Shown here one piece after another: positions 24,123 through 34,175 of a stretch of DNA of 64,000 nt. Each line of letters begins with the position of its first letter. Positions within the stretch are counted from its first letter, which is position 1. Origin of the DNA: a virus. Location of the stretch: positions 1 to 64,000 of IMG/VR virus record IMGVR_UViG_3300019776_000324; one strand, 5' to 3'. The notes below the pieces were generated by a model. It did no database searches. It saw only the letters and a program-made list of their open reading frames with translations, and was not told the origin of the DNA. A program made the translations under genes and the position numbers.

Positions 24123-26484
24123 CATAAGTGGCCAACCACGCCCAGTCGTAGCTTTTCCGCAATTCAGCAAAATCCCCTGCCACAGCATCGTAGTATTCGA
24201 CAGCATCTTGTGCTCCGTAGATACTGTACTGCCCATATGGCTGACCCATGGCCACTGTTAACCATTTGTTTAGTCTATATTGACTTTCTACATCTGTGCT
24301 GTCTCGCAATTTGATACACTCACGGAAGGCTGTACGCCAAGCCGACCATTTACTGTGCGCATATTCTGCTGTGCCTGAACGAATAGGTACTACTTCGTGC
24401 GCACTGTCTAAGGTAAAGTCCAGGCCAACTCCAGGATTGTTTAGTACCAACTGCTTGTTATAAGCAATCAAGGCTTGATGCCCGTACTCTAGTCCATTGA
24501 TAGGATTGAATGCGTGGAAGATATAGTGCTTGGGTTCTTGTAGTCGATCAGGTTGCCACGACCAGTCAAACTGTGTATCAACACGCAACTTGGCAAACAC
24601 AGCAAAGAACCAAGGAGTAGTGCTTAACTCAGCGGCAGCTTGATAAGCGGCAACACGACCGTTGACTCCACTACTGCGTTCTATACGCTGACTGGTAAAC
24701 ATGTGACACTGCTTAAGGATGTTCCAGTTGGTTTCAGCATTGGGTTCACCGTTGTCAATAAACACTATGTCCAACGGTTCATCCTTGAGCATGTGACGCT
24801 GACTACGATCTATATTGGCGTAATCATATAGCTGTGTCTTTATGTAAGGAACTGCCACCTTGGGTACTATAACTGTGCTAGCGCCTGAACTTAGCGGAAC
24901 AATGGTCTTGGTCTTTTCTCTCCATAATGGCACAGCAGGAGGCGGTATTACTTGTGCTCCGTTAGTGGTATACACCGCCAAGGGTCCCGTAAAGTCCAGG
25001 GTCTTGACAGCTTCCACATGCGTATCGTAGTTGTGTTGTATAACTGGTAAGGCTCTGCGTGGTACATCCTTGTCCATGTAATTGAGATCATACCAATCTA
25101 ACAACTGTAGCTTGTCTGCACGATGCTTGAATGTAGGTACATGCATAAAGAAAGTATCACCGAACTTCATGCCATCGCTAGGGAATACATGTAGCATGGT
25201 AGCTTGCCAGACTTCAGGATGCCAAGTAAAGTCAAAGTCAGTGTAGTCACAGATACTGCTACAGATCCATACAAACTCATGTTCGCAGGTATTTGCTATG
25301 CGCTTTAAGGTATCCAAGTAGTTGTCAAAGTAGCGCACAGTCTTGGTAGTATTGGCGATTTGACCTGCATTACCATCCATGTGATCTATTTCATATATAG
25401 CAGTGGCAACACGGCCTGTCTTAATGCGAATTTGATCTATGTATTTTACATCCGTGGCCCCAGCTACATGATACTGTGGACCACCTGTGCGTTGATGTTG
25501 TGTACCAAATTGATATTGATAAGGTTGTTCTGTAGCATCTGGATGCCAGGTAAAATCAAAGCTGTCTGTATCAACATTATCAGGTACTGTCCATGCATTA
25601 TCTATGGCAGTTTTAACAGCTCTGGGTGCAGTGATATACTTTACTTCTTCAGCGCCGGTGACAACATAACTAGGGCCGCCAGTCTTTTGCCACTGTGTAC
25701 CAAACTGATAAATCATAGGCGGATCTCCAGGATCAGGCCGCCAACTGTAATCAAATGTGTCAGCATCTATAGTATCAGGAGTCACCCAATTATCTACGCA
25801 AGCTGCCAGTTCAGCTCTGGGATAAGGCATGTACTTGCGCTCACTAGCACCGGGCGCATGATACTCTACAGTGGCCATTTTATTAGCAGGCCACCATTGG
25901 TTGCCAAACACATATATGTAAGGAGGATCTCCTGGATCAGGTACCCACGAATAGTCAAACTTGCAGTCAATGAGTGTGTGCCAATGATTAGTGTGTTGTT
26001 CGTGTAACTGTGCCCTGGGTGCAGTCATGTATTTGCGTTCTGTAGCACCAGGTGCGTGATATTCCACTGTGGGCATGATTGTAGCCGGATACCATTGATT
26101 ACCAAACACATATATGTAAGGCGGGTCAAATGGATGCGGTTGCCAGGTATAGTCAAAGCTACATGAAGAATAATTAACTACATAATTGTCACGATTTTCC
26201 TGTGTGGGCAACACTTGTTCATGAAACTTGTAGTTGATTTCACCTGACTTGGGTACTAGATATGTGCCAGAAAATTCGTGATGCTGACTGGGCCAAGCAT
26301 GTGTGTATTCAGCTTGCCAAGGCACAGGTTCAAATAAAAAGTCAAAGCCGGTATAATCAGTTAAATAGTTTACCCACCAGAAATACCTAGTACTGCTTAA
26401 TTCCTGCGCATGTTGAATATCTCGAGCTGCTCGCTCATGCGGAAATAAGTTAGGCTTTGCTCCAGAATAAAAAATATCAAACAT
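24088..26484 (-). CDS. 798-aa protein with 7-8 tandem ~50-aa repeats, unknown function
   Basis: N-terminal half carries the repeat FD[YF][ST]W.PDP.DPPYIY.FG.QW....VEYHAPGA.ERKYM.APRA. The C-terminal half is non-repetitive. Confidence 0.6.
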   Translation of the reverse strand: MFDIFYSGAKPNLFPHERAARDIQHAQELSSTRYFWWVNYLTDYTGFDFLFEPVPWQAEYTHAWPSQHHEFSGTYLVPKSGEINYKFHEQVLPTQENRDNYVVNYSSCSFDYTWQPHPFDPPYIYVFGNQWYPATIMPTVEYHAPGATERKYMTAPRAQLHEQHTNHWHTLIDCKFDYSWVPDPGDPPYIYVFGNQWWPANKMATVEYHAPGASERKYMPYPRAELAACVDNWVTPDTIDADTFDYSWRPDPGDPPMIYQFGTQWQKTGGPSYVVTGAEEVKYITAPRAVKTAIDNAWTVPDNVDTDSFDFTWHPDATEQPYQYQFGTQHQRTGGPQYHVAGATDVKYIDQIRIKTGRVATAIYEIDHMDGNAGQIANTTKTVRYFDNYLDTLKRIANTCEHEFVWICSSICDYTDFDFTWHPEVWQATMLHVFPSDGMKFGDTFFMHVPTFKHRADKLQLLDWYDLNYMDKDVPRRALPVIQHNYDTHVEAVKTLDFTGPLAVYTTNGAQVIPPPAVPLWREKTKTIVPLSSGASTVIVPKVAVPYIKTQLYDYANIDRSQRHMLKDEPLDIVFIDNGEPNAETNWNILKQCHMFTSQRIERSSGVNGRVAAYQAAAELSTTPWFFAVFAKLRVDTQFDWSWQPDRLQEPKHYIFHAFNPINGLEYGHQALIAYNKQLVLNNPGVGLDFTLDSAHEVVPIRSGTAEYAHSKWSAWRTAFRECIKLRDSTDVESQYRLNKWLTVAMGQPYGQYSIYGAQDAVEYYDAVAGDFAELRKSYDWAWLATYAMIKRNLIPDQ

Positions 26485-27568
26485 GATTAGAATAGACGAA
26501 ATTTACAACAATACTTTTTGGCCTTGGTTTGCTAAAAATAGACCCGGCACCAGAGTGTTTTTTTGTGACCCTTTTGGGCATACTGATCGTGATCATTTAT
26601 TTAATCTTGGCACGGATGACATGGTAGAAAACGACTATGTGTATTTGCATGATCAAGAACCTGTTCATTTAGACCTGCACCAACCCTTGTTTGACGATGT
26701 TATCCGACGAAACGAAGATATCTGGGCCAAACCCGCAGGACATATTGTAGTCAGCGAACGCGGTGAATTTGTTGAAGAACTCAGCAGACAATACGGATGG
26801 ACCACACACTATTACTTCTTTCACGGCTGGGCTTGTCAGGACTGGTTCCGCGGCTACGATAAAACATTCCTTATTCCCAGAGCTAGAGATCGTAGCCCTA
26901 CTAGGACTTTTATGAGTCCCAATCGTATTGTAGCAGGCAAGCGTGATCATCGTGTGTTGTTTCTTTATAATGTGTTTAAGCATGGGCTAGAGTCAAATCA
27001 TATATCAGCACCCAGAACTTGTCAGTACGAAGGTGTAGATATTAGTAGTATAGCACAAAAGTATCAACATGTATACCAGGATATTACTCAAGTGTTTGAT
27101 CAAGCTGAATTACCCAGATTATTTGAGGGAGAAGAGCAACAGGAAATGACCAGTTGTTGGTTAAGCAACTTCACAGAAGCCCAAGATAGTTTAGTATATG
27201 TGCCTACTGAAACTGTGTACTTTGGGCGCAGACAGCACATAACCGAAAAGACATTTAAAGCAATAGCATTAGAAATGCCCTTTGTTCTAGTAGCACCCGC
27301 AGGCAGTTTGGCGTATATGCGTGAATACGGATTTAAGACTTTTGATACTGTATTTGACGAAAGCTACGATACCGAAACCAACGATGTTCGTAGAATAGAA
27401 CGGGTAACCAAACTATTAAAAGAATTAGATAGTTTAAGTTTAAAAGAAAGACAGCAAATACATCGTGCATGTTTACCCATAGTAGAACACAATTTTAATC
27501 ATTTCTATTCAGGCGGACTTACTGAAGTATTATGGGCAGAACTCAGGGCCATGTTAAATGAGTTTTAA
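26483..27568 (+). CDS. fucosyltransferase-like glycosyltransferase, paralog 1
   Basis: C-terminal motif ITEKTFKAIALEMPFVLVAPAGS...GFKTFDTVFDESYD is shared with the ORFs at 27558 and 38161 and resembles the GT10 TEK..K.....PVV motif. Confidence 0.45.
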   Translation: MIRIDEIYNNTFWPWFAKNRPGTRVFFCDPFGHTDRDHLFNLGTDDMVENDYVYLHDQEPVHLDLHQPLFDDVIRRNEDIWAKPAGHIVVSERGEFVEELSRQYGWTTHYYFFHGWACQDWFRGYDKTFLIPRARDRSPTRTFMSPNRIVAGKRDHRVLFLYNVFKHGLESNHISAPRTCQYEGVDISSIAQKYQHVYQDITQVFDQAELPRLFEGEEQQEMTSCWLSNFTEAQDSLVYVPTETVYFGRRQHITEKTFKAIALEMPFVLVAPAGSLAYMREYGFKTFDTVFDESYDTETNDVRRIERVTKLLKELDSLSLKERQQIHRACLPIVEHNFNHFYSGGLTEVLWAELRAMLNEF

Positions 27569-28706
27569 CTTTGTTTGCGATCGTATAGTCAAGGACAAAG
27601 CATATCCAGCCTTAGCTCAACATCAAGCAGAACCTTATACACAGCAGTGGCGCGAATTTGTGCAGCATTGGCCCAATACAGTGCCTTGTGAGCTACACGA
27701 GCACTGTTCAACACACGGTTATCCATATACCTTAAGCACAGACACAGGTGACTATTACTGTATAGGCTTGGGCTTCTTTAATTTTGATACAGATTATATT
27801 GCGCTAATTCCTGAAAAGATTCGAAAAGAATCCTGCACTATTTTATTCTATTATCATGAAGGCGATAATCCAGCAAACATTAAAAAAAGACTAGATCATT
27901 TATGTGATCAACATGGTGTGAGTAGAGATCTTTATCGATTCATTTCGGGTAATACTGCCGCAGACAAAATACCTCAATTCGCATGGTTCCCTGATCACGA
28001 GCTATTATACTGGCATCGCAACCGTAGTGTACTGCCTGCTAGTGTACACTTGAACCCTAGACCCTATGACTTTACCTTGTTAAGCCGTACACACAAGTGG
28101 TGGCGGGCTACTGTGGTCACAGACCTACATCGTTCAGGGCTATTAGACTCAAGTCAGTGGAGTTATAATACTGTAGACATAGGTGATCAGCCCGAGGACA
28201 ACCCAATTGAAATAGACAGTTTAAATATTAGAGATCATGTTGAGGCTTTTTTAGCAGGAGCGCCATATAGCTGTGATAGCTTGACAGCCGAAGAACACAA
28301 TGATCACCATCGTACTGAATATCAGCACTACCAGGCCAGTTACTTTAATATCATACTAGAAACTCATTTTGATGCTGACGGCAGCGGTGGAGCCTTTTTA
28401 ACAGAAAAGACTTTTAAACCCATCAAACACGGACAACCGTTTGTTGTAGTGGGCGCACCAGGTACATTAGCAGCATTAAGAACCCTGGGCTATCGTACAT
28501 TTGATTCAGTATTAGATAACACATACGATACTATAACAGATAATACTCAACGCTGGTTGGCAGTTCGATCCGTAATTGAACGAATTAAATCCAATCCTGC
28601 GCATTACTTTAAACTGTGTTTAAATGATATTCTACACAACCAACAATTATTTGCCGCTAGCAAATACAACCGCTTAAATAGCTTACTTGAAAGATTACAA
28701 AAATGA
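27558..28706 (+). CDS. fucosyltransferase-like glycosyltransferase, paralog 2
   Basis: LTEKTFKPIKHGQPFVVVGAPGTLAALRTLGYRTFDSVLDNTYD. Confidence 0.45.
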   Translation: MSFNFVCDRIVKDKAYPALAQHQAEPYTQQWREFVQHWPNTVPCELHEHCSTHGYPYTLSTDTGDYYCIGLGFFNFDTDYIALIPEKIRKESCTILFYYHEGDNPANIKKRLDHLCDQHGVSRDLYRFISGNTAADKIPQFAWFPDHELLYWHRNRSVLPASVHLNPRPYDFTLLSRTHKWWRATVVTDLHRSGLLDSSQWSYNTVDIGDQPEDNPIEIDSLNIRDHVEAFLAGAPYSCDSLTAEEHNDHHRTEYQHYQASYFNIILETHFDADGSGGAFLTEKTFKPIKHGQPFVVVGAPGTLAALRTLGYRTFDSVLDNTYDTITDNTQRWLAVRSVIERIKSNPAHYFKLCLNDILHNQQLFAASKYNRLNSLLERLQK

Positions 28707-29722
28707 TTAATAGTTATACATCCTGGCAACCACTTGAAGAAGTCATTGTAGGTCGTGCATATAGTCCCGACTATTTTGACTTTATTGACAACCCACAAGT
28801 GCGAGCACAACTACAGCAAATTCTAGCTGAAACAGAAGAAGATTTAAACAACTTACAAAAGACCATTGAAACTTATGGTGCCCGTGTACGCAGACCCAAT
28901 TTGCCCAGTAAAGATCAATTTCAATGGTTCCAAACAGAAGGCGGTGGCGCTCCACTTCCTCCTTTAACTCCTAGAGATTGGCAGATCAGTATGGGCGATA
29001 AGTTGTTGCGTGTACTAGCTATGCCAGAGTTAGATGAAATATGTGCTGACTATGCAGATCAAGTTGTTAATCCACATAAAAGTGCTTGGGATCCAGACTG
29101 TATATTAAATCAAGCCAGTGCTAGTTGTATAGTGCGTGTAGGTGAAGATGTGTTCTTTGATAATTCAGACTTCCTGCGTCCAGAACAAACACAATGGATT
29201 GTGGACAACTGTTTAGACAGTCGTTATAGAATACACGAAGCTATTACAGACGGACACGGCGATGCTGTATTTGCTATCCTAAAGCCCGGAGTTATATTGT
29301 CAAGCAAGCACGATGTTAATTTAGATCTAGCAGGCGACTTTCCAGGTTGGGAAGTATTAAAGATTTGGGATAGTAGTATTTGGGCTGCTATGGAAGTGGG
29401 CAAATTTAAATATGAACAAAGTCCCGGCGCATGGTATGTACAAGGACAAACACCCACTGCTGAATTTACTGCTTTTGTGGACACCTATTTAAATAAATGG
29501 ACTGGCTTTGTGGCTGAAACAGTGTTTGATGTCAACTGTTTAGTGTTGGATGAAAGTAATGTTATCTTTAGTGCTTACAATAAAGAAGTATTTGATTTCT
29601 GTCACAAGCATCGAATCAATCCTATTATTAGCGAATTGCGTCATAGTTATTTCTGGGACGGCGGTATTAGTTGCTGTACACAAGACTTAACTAGACGCGG
29701 TGGCTTAGAGCGTTATCTTTAA
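28703..29722 (+). CDS. hypothetical protein (339 aa)
   Basis: ORF only, in the glycan locus. Confidence 0.45.
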   Translation: MINSYTSWQPLEEVIVGRAYSPDYFDFIDNPQVRAQLQQILAETEEDLNNLQKTIETYGARVRRPNLPSKDQFQWFQTEGGGAPLPPLTPRDWQISMGDKLLRVLAMPELDEICADYADQVVNPHKSAWDPDCILNQASASCIVRVGEDVFFDNSDFLRPEQTQWIVDNCLDSRYRIHEAITDGHGDAVFAILKPGVILSSKHDVNLDLAGDFPGWEVLKIWDSSIWAAMEVGKFKYEQSPGAWYVQGQTPTAEFTAFVDTYLNKWTGFVAETVFDVNCLVLDESNVIFSAYNKEVFDFCHKHRINPIISELRHSYFWDGGISCCTQDLTRRGGLERYL

Positions 29723-30264
29723 CGGAACTGCCAGTAACTACTGACTCTAATAGACCCTGCAGGCACAGGATTAAACATGCCGTGCCACTGCAAGGGTTGA
29801 CTGCCATCTTCATTTAAATGATTTAACATTATGTAACCGGTGTTGGGTACACTAGCAAATTGATACAATAAAGATTTGGGATCTTTATAATGATAAAATC
29901 CAGTGCCATATTCAGGACCGGGCACTATCCAATACATTTGTAAACTGTTTGCTAAATGTCCGTCTGTGTGCATGTCAACTTGAAATCCAGGTTGATCCAC
30001 CCAAAAGATACCACTGGCCTGTGTAAATTCACTGCCTGTGGCTTGATTAATTGCAGGTAATTGTTGACTTATATAATTGCTTAGTTGTTGCGCAACAGGA
30101 TCATTCCACTGTATTTGTCTACGCAACCAATTTTCTTGTTTGGCGCCACGGACCCAGGTCAAATTTAACCAGTCTGCGGCTTGTATTTGATCAGCCTGTT
30201 CAGCAGGTAATAGATCTGTAACTTGCCATAAACGGCCCGGAACAATGGCGGTAAATTGGGCCAT
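29719..30264 (-). CDS. hypothetical protein (181 aa; weak HxD...H metal-site pattern)
   Basis: FQVDMHTDGH then ...WHG. Too weak to assign. Confidence 0.4.
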   Translation of the reverse strand: MAQFTAIVPGRLWQVTDLLPAEQADQIQAADWLNLTWVRGAKQENWLRRQIQWNDPVAQQLSNYISQQLPAINQATGSEFTQASGIFWVDQPGFQVDMHTDGHLANSLQMYWIVPGPEYGTGFYHYKDPKSLLYQFASVPNTGYIMLNHLNEDGSQPLQWHGMFNPVPAGSIRVSSYWQFR

Positions 30265-31773
30265 TTAAGAGCAGACCTTTACTCCATATAATGCTTCAAA
30301 GCGGTCAGCGTCTGCTCTATCATTTACCATGGGCTCGCCTCTTATATTAAGACTAGTGTTTAATAACATAGGACAGCCAGTTAACACATACCATTTTTCA
30401 AGTAGCTTTCTAATGCCTGAGCCATTATCTGGCACCGTTTGTACTCGGCTAGTACCGTCGTGATGCACAATAGCAGGAAAAGCGTCAGGCTGGCGGCAAT
30501 AAGCTGTTGACTGCATATAAGGACTATGGCGGAAACCACAGGGCATACTAAAAAATTCATTAGCAAGCTCATCCAATATAACTGGCGCAAATGGCCTAAA
30601 CTTTTGTCTACGCTTGATTTCATTTACACGATCCTTTATATCCGGTCCTCGGGGGTCGGCGAGGAGACTTCTATTGCCCAGTGCCCTAGGGCCGAATTCG
30701 GCTCGTCCTGAAGCAACTCCAACGATCTTATCCCGTAGTAAGCTATCGAGTAGGGCATTGACAGGATATTCTCCGCCGATGTTATGACCCAAGTATGCGT
30801 GATCAAACTTAATTGGGCCACCATAGGCGAGGGCAGCAGCTCCGAGACTGCTACCGCTATCGCCAGGGCTAGGCATAATCCATATGTTTTCAAAATAATT
30901 TCCAAGTTCTCTATTAGCTAAACAGTTCAGGGCAACGCCGCCCTGGTATACTAGATTTGTGCTGAACCCAAAATTCTGGGCCCTAAGCATAACACTATAT
31001 ATCAATTCTTCTACCAAGTGCTGTGCTGCACCTGCAATATCATAATCATCAACACCGGCCATAAAGTTCGAGTCCAAGCCCAGGTGTAAATTCTCTTTAA
31101 ATTCAATATCTTTAATGCTGCGAATCAATTGCTCGCGCATGGGAATAGCATATACATTACCGTGTGTACTGTAAGCACTCATGCCCATGGTAATATATTC
31201 TTCGTCTAGTGGGTGTAGGCCAACTCGCTGAGTAATTGCACTATAAAAGAGTCCGATTGAATGTGGGTATTTTTGTCCCCAAAGCTTCTTATAAACTGCA
31301 CGACCCGTTCGATCATATTCTGCTCCGTATATTGATATTGTATCAAACTCACCTATGGCATCTATTACCACAACAGTGGCACGATCAAAAGGACTGGTTT
31401 GGAAGCCACTTGCTGCGTGACTTAAATGATGGTTATAGCATACTGTTTTTCTGGGTGCGTGTAACAACTGATCGCCCAGTTGTTCTTTTAACATGCTGTT
31501 TACTGTTAAACGCTTAACATCAAAGCCTTCACCTGACCGCAAGCGTCTTAATTGCTTCATCCAAGGACGCTCGTACCAGGCTACTGTATCTATATAATAG
31601 TTAGAAAACTCTGCCAGCAAAGCAGGGCATATATCAGCGTCATTCTTTTGTTTACTGTAACGCTCACTGTGCCCAGCAAATACAATTTCACCGTGGGTAT
31701 TAATTAGTGTGGCTGCTGCGTCGTGAAAGCCTGCGCTGACACCTAGAATATTTTTATAAGGCTCTAATTTCAT
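30265..31773 (-). CDS. NodU/CmcH-family carbamoyltransferase
   Basis: N-terminal ILGVSAGFHDAAATLI...GEIVFAGHSERY matches the family N-terminal ILGIS..HDSAAAL...G.IV.A..EER signature. About 500 aa is the typical length. Confidence 0.65.
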   Translation of the reverse strand: MKLEPYKNILGVSAGFHDAAATLINTHGEIVFAGHSERYSKQKNDADICPALLAEFSNYYIDTVAWYERPWMKQLRRLRSGEGFDVKRLTVNSMLKEQLGDQLLHAPRKTVCYNHHLSHAASGFQTSPFDRATVVVIDAIGEFDTISIYGAEYDRTGRAVYKKLWGQKYPHSIGLFYSAITQRVGLHPLDEEYITMGMSAYSTHGNVYAIPMREQLIRSIKDIEFKENLHLGLDSNFMAGVDDYDIAGAAQHLVEELIYSVMLRAQNFGFSTNLVYQGGVALNCLANRELGNYFENIWIMPSPGDSGSSLGAAALAYGGPIKFDHAYLGHNIGGEYPVNALLDSLLRDKIVGVASGRAEFGPRALGNRSLLADPRGPDIKDRVNEIKRRQKFRPFAPVILDELANEFFSMPCGFRHSPYMQSTAYCRQPDAFPAIVHHDGTSRVQTVPDNGSGIRKLLEKWYVLTGCPMLLNTSLNIRGEPMVNDRADADRFEALYGVKVCS

Positions 31774-31867
31774 TTATAGATAAATGGATCTCTTTTACGC
31801 AGTTCTTTTAATTTTTTGCGGTATCTAATTTCCAATTTAATTTTATTAATTAAGTTTGTAATCCACT

Positions 31868-32902
31868 TCATTTTAATTCCTTTATTTGTAGTAGAGCATA
31901 ATCAGGATCAGCCCACGAATATGGATATGTTGCTTCTGCATCGCTGGTTCTTATTGCTGCTACATCGAGACGAGTATTTAACTTGTCCCATATATAGCGG
32001 TAATCTTCTGTGCCAAAGCTACGCCGTAAGTCTACTTGTCCTACCTTAGGATGTCCTATAGTTAGTGTTTTATCTTCTGGGTCAAAGCCATTGTCTGTTA
32101 ACCAGCCGCGAAACTCCTTTAACTGCTTGATCTGCCAAGGAAATGCGCCGGGATCATTGGCCCATTCTATATCAAAATCGCCTGCGGCCAAGGTCTGTGC
32201 TGCTAGTGTTGTAGTAGTTAATTCATCGATACGGCTGTCTCTGCCTTCGTCACAAAACACTTCCCAATGGTGCTTGCCCACTGCTTTATTAACTCCCACA
32301 TATACTCCGCCCAAGCTACGGTTAATTGTTTCTATGCCAAACAGCTCATAATCCTCCGCATCCAGTGCAAAGCGTGGAGCATTTAGCCAGCACATTAATT
32401 GACTGGGTCTTTGCCATTCGGGTGCTGTGTGCTTTTTACGCCAACTTAATTGCCATGATTCAAACTCATGACACAGTAAATTTAACTGTCTAATATGCCA
32501 GCGTGTAGCAGGATCTGCTTGTGCGTATAAAGGACTAGGAGCAGCAGCAGTACCTTGTAGATCTTCAAAGTATCTGTGTAGCAGATTAAACTGTGCATGA
32601 TTAACTCCGCCCGAATCGTCTACACTGTTTTCTAGCGTAAAATGATTGTCAATTTGATAGTTTAATTCGCTGGCATTAATTGCAGCAATGGAACGATTAA
32701 TTTCTTTGATTAATAATTCACCGTTGCGTGGACCGTCTGCAAAGCCAAAGAAACAATAGTTCTTTTCTAAATGATAATTGTTGCGGATTAATTCATTTAA
32801 TGCTGCCAGCCATTTACGACTTAAACTGTTGTCGTACACATTGATATAAACAGTTAGATCATTTAGATCTAATTCAACAACATCAAGTAATAATTGATTC
32901 AT
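31868..32902 (-). CDS. hypothetical protein (344 aa)
   Basis: ORF only. Confidence 0.45.
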   Translation of the reverse strand: MNQLLLDVVELDLNDLTVYINVYDNSLSRKWLAALNELIRNNYHLEKNYCFFGFADGPRNGELLIKEINRSIAAINASELNYQIDNHFTLENSVDDSGGVNHAQFNLLHRYFEDLQGTAAAPSPLYAQADPATRWHIRQLNLLCHEFESWQLSWRKKHTAPEWQRPSQLMCWLNAPRFALDAEDYELFGIETINRSLGGVYVGVNKAVGKHHWEVFCDEGRDSRIDELTTTTLAAQTLAAGDFDIEWANDPGAFPWQIKQLKEFRGWLTDNGFDPEDKTLTIGHPKVGQVDLRRSFGTEDYRYIWDKLNTRLDVAAIRTSDAEATYPYSWADPDYALLQIKELK

Positions 32903-34175
32903 ACCATTCCTGTATTTCTTTATCTTCGCTTAGGATATCTCCTAGCGTATATGCGTCGCCACGGATCGCTTCTAATTGTAACACACGACGCTTGCCCTTT
33001 ACAAGTCCTGCTTGATGCGTGTCAGGCCATTGTTCTGCAAATACAGGGCGTGTCTTTAACTGTACCAGCACATCCTGTAACGAACCCGAGGTTAAGGGTA
33101 TTAATTCATCCAATTTACGGTGTAATACAGATCGAGGTAGTGCTAGCGGACTTAATAAGATATCGGGTGAAAAGCTGAATACTACTTTGGCCAGGATTTC
33201 AGTGTCTAATTCTTGTGCAAGTCGCATAATGCGTTCAATTTCAAACAGTCCGGGCAAGGTAAGTGTAAAGTCGATTCGGACCTGGCGGCTGTAATGTCTG
33301 TGTGCAACTGCTTGACGCATGTTTCTAAGCCATGAATCGTAGTCGAGGCCTGTTCTAATGTATTCGCCAATCCGGCCCGTTCCGTCGATGCTCGCACAGA
33401 TCTGGTAATCTCGAATATGATCAAGAATATCACTGAACAGGTTAATACCCCTATAGTCACAACGACTAAGGTTGGTATTGTATCTAGCGTATATCTTAGG
33501 CCCATCACCCAGTTCAATTATGCGTTTCATATAACGCCAGTGTTGCTCGTACATTAGGGGCTCTCCGCCTACCCAATATACTTCTTCTACACGGTGTTCT
33601 TCAACAGCTTGAGCAAACTCTGCTTCAATTTGGCTGTCCTGAAACGCTGTAATCTCTTTCTTAACTTCTGGCAACATCCAATTGTTCTTGGAATTTGACC
33701 AGTCTATCATGTTGTGTGTACGCTGTTCTGATTCCCACGCACTTGACAACATGTCACCACACATACGGCACTTAAAGTTACACAAGTTACTGAAACGATA
33801 ATCCCAGCTAACGGGTTTCATTTCGGTTGCGCCATCTGCTGTGGTTAGCTCCATAGCTAATGGGTATTTACTGCCAAATAAATGATCGAAATATGTACGG
33901 TAAACCGCAGTGTTTAGCAGTTTATCATTGCATACAGCGCACTCAGGCAACTCTTCTCCGGCCATCATTCTGCGACGCACACTCTTCATATGCTCACTAT
34001 TCCAGTGTTCTTCTAAGCTGATAGGAATATACCGGCCCGTGCCTGAGCTAGTATCTATATACTGTTCAAAGTTCTGTGCAGGCTCACGGCTAGCGCAACA
34101 CATACGCCGTTCTGTTTGTGGACTTAGATAAGTGTGTGTCCACGGTGCCATGCACAAGGTTGCTGGTTTTGTCAT
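32883..34175 (-). CDS. radical SAM enzyme, subfamily 1 (A)
   Basis: CNFKCRMCG (CxxxCxxC). GGEP motif YWVGGEPLM. N-terminal Cys motif LCMAPW-x13-CCA. Confidence 0.7.
   Translation of the reverse strand: MTKPATLCMAPWTHTYLSPQTERRMCCASREPAQNFEQYIDTSSGTGRYIPISLEEHWNSEHMKSVRRRMMAGEELPECAVCNDKLLNTAVYRTYFDHLFGSKYPLAMELTTADGATEMKPVSWDYRFSNLCNFKCRMCGDMLSSAWESEQRTHNMIDWSNSKNNWMLPEVKKEITAFQDSQIEAEFAQAVEEHRVEEVYWVGGEPLMYEQHWRYMKRIIELGDGPKIYARYNTNLSRCDYRGINLFSDILDHIRDYQICASIDGTGRIGEYIRTGLDYDSWLRNMRQAVAHRHYSRQVRIDFTLTLPGLFEIERIMRLAQELDTEILAKVVFSFSPDILLSPLALPRSVLHRKLDELIPLTSGSLQDVLVQLKTRPVFAEQWPDTHQAGLVKGKRRVLQLEAIRGDAYTLGDILSEDKEIQEWYESIIT

Noticed and set aside
29719-30264. 2OG-Fe(II) oxygenase call for the 181-aa protein based on HTDGH
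   Set aside because: Only one HxD triad-like element and no clear distal His/Arg context. It is left as hypothetical.
31774-31867. T4-late-like TATAAATA elements upstream of - strand genes (e.g. ...CTATAAATG before 31773; CATAAATA before 46959)
   Set aside because: Matches are partial and sit directly on or beside start codons without consistent spacing. There is insufficient evidence for a late-promoter class.
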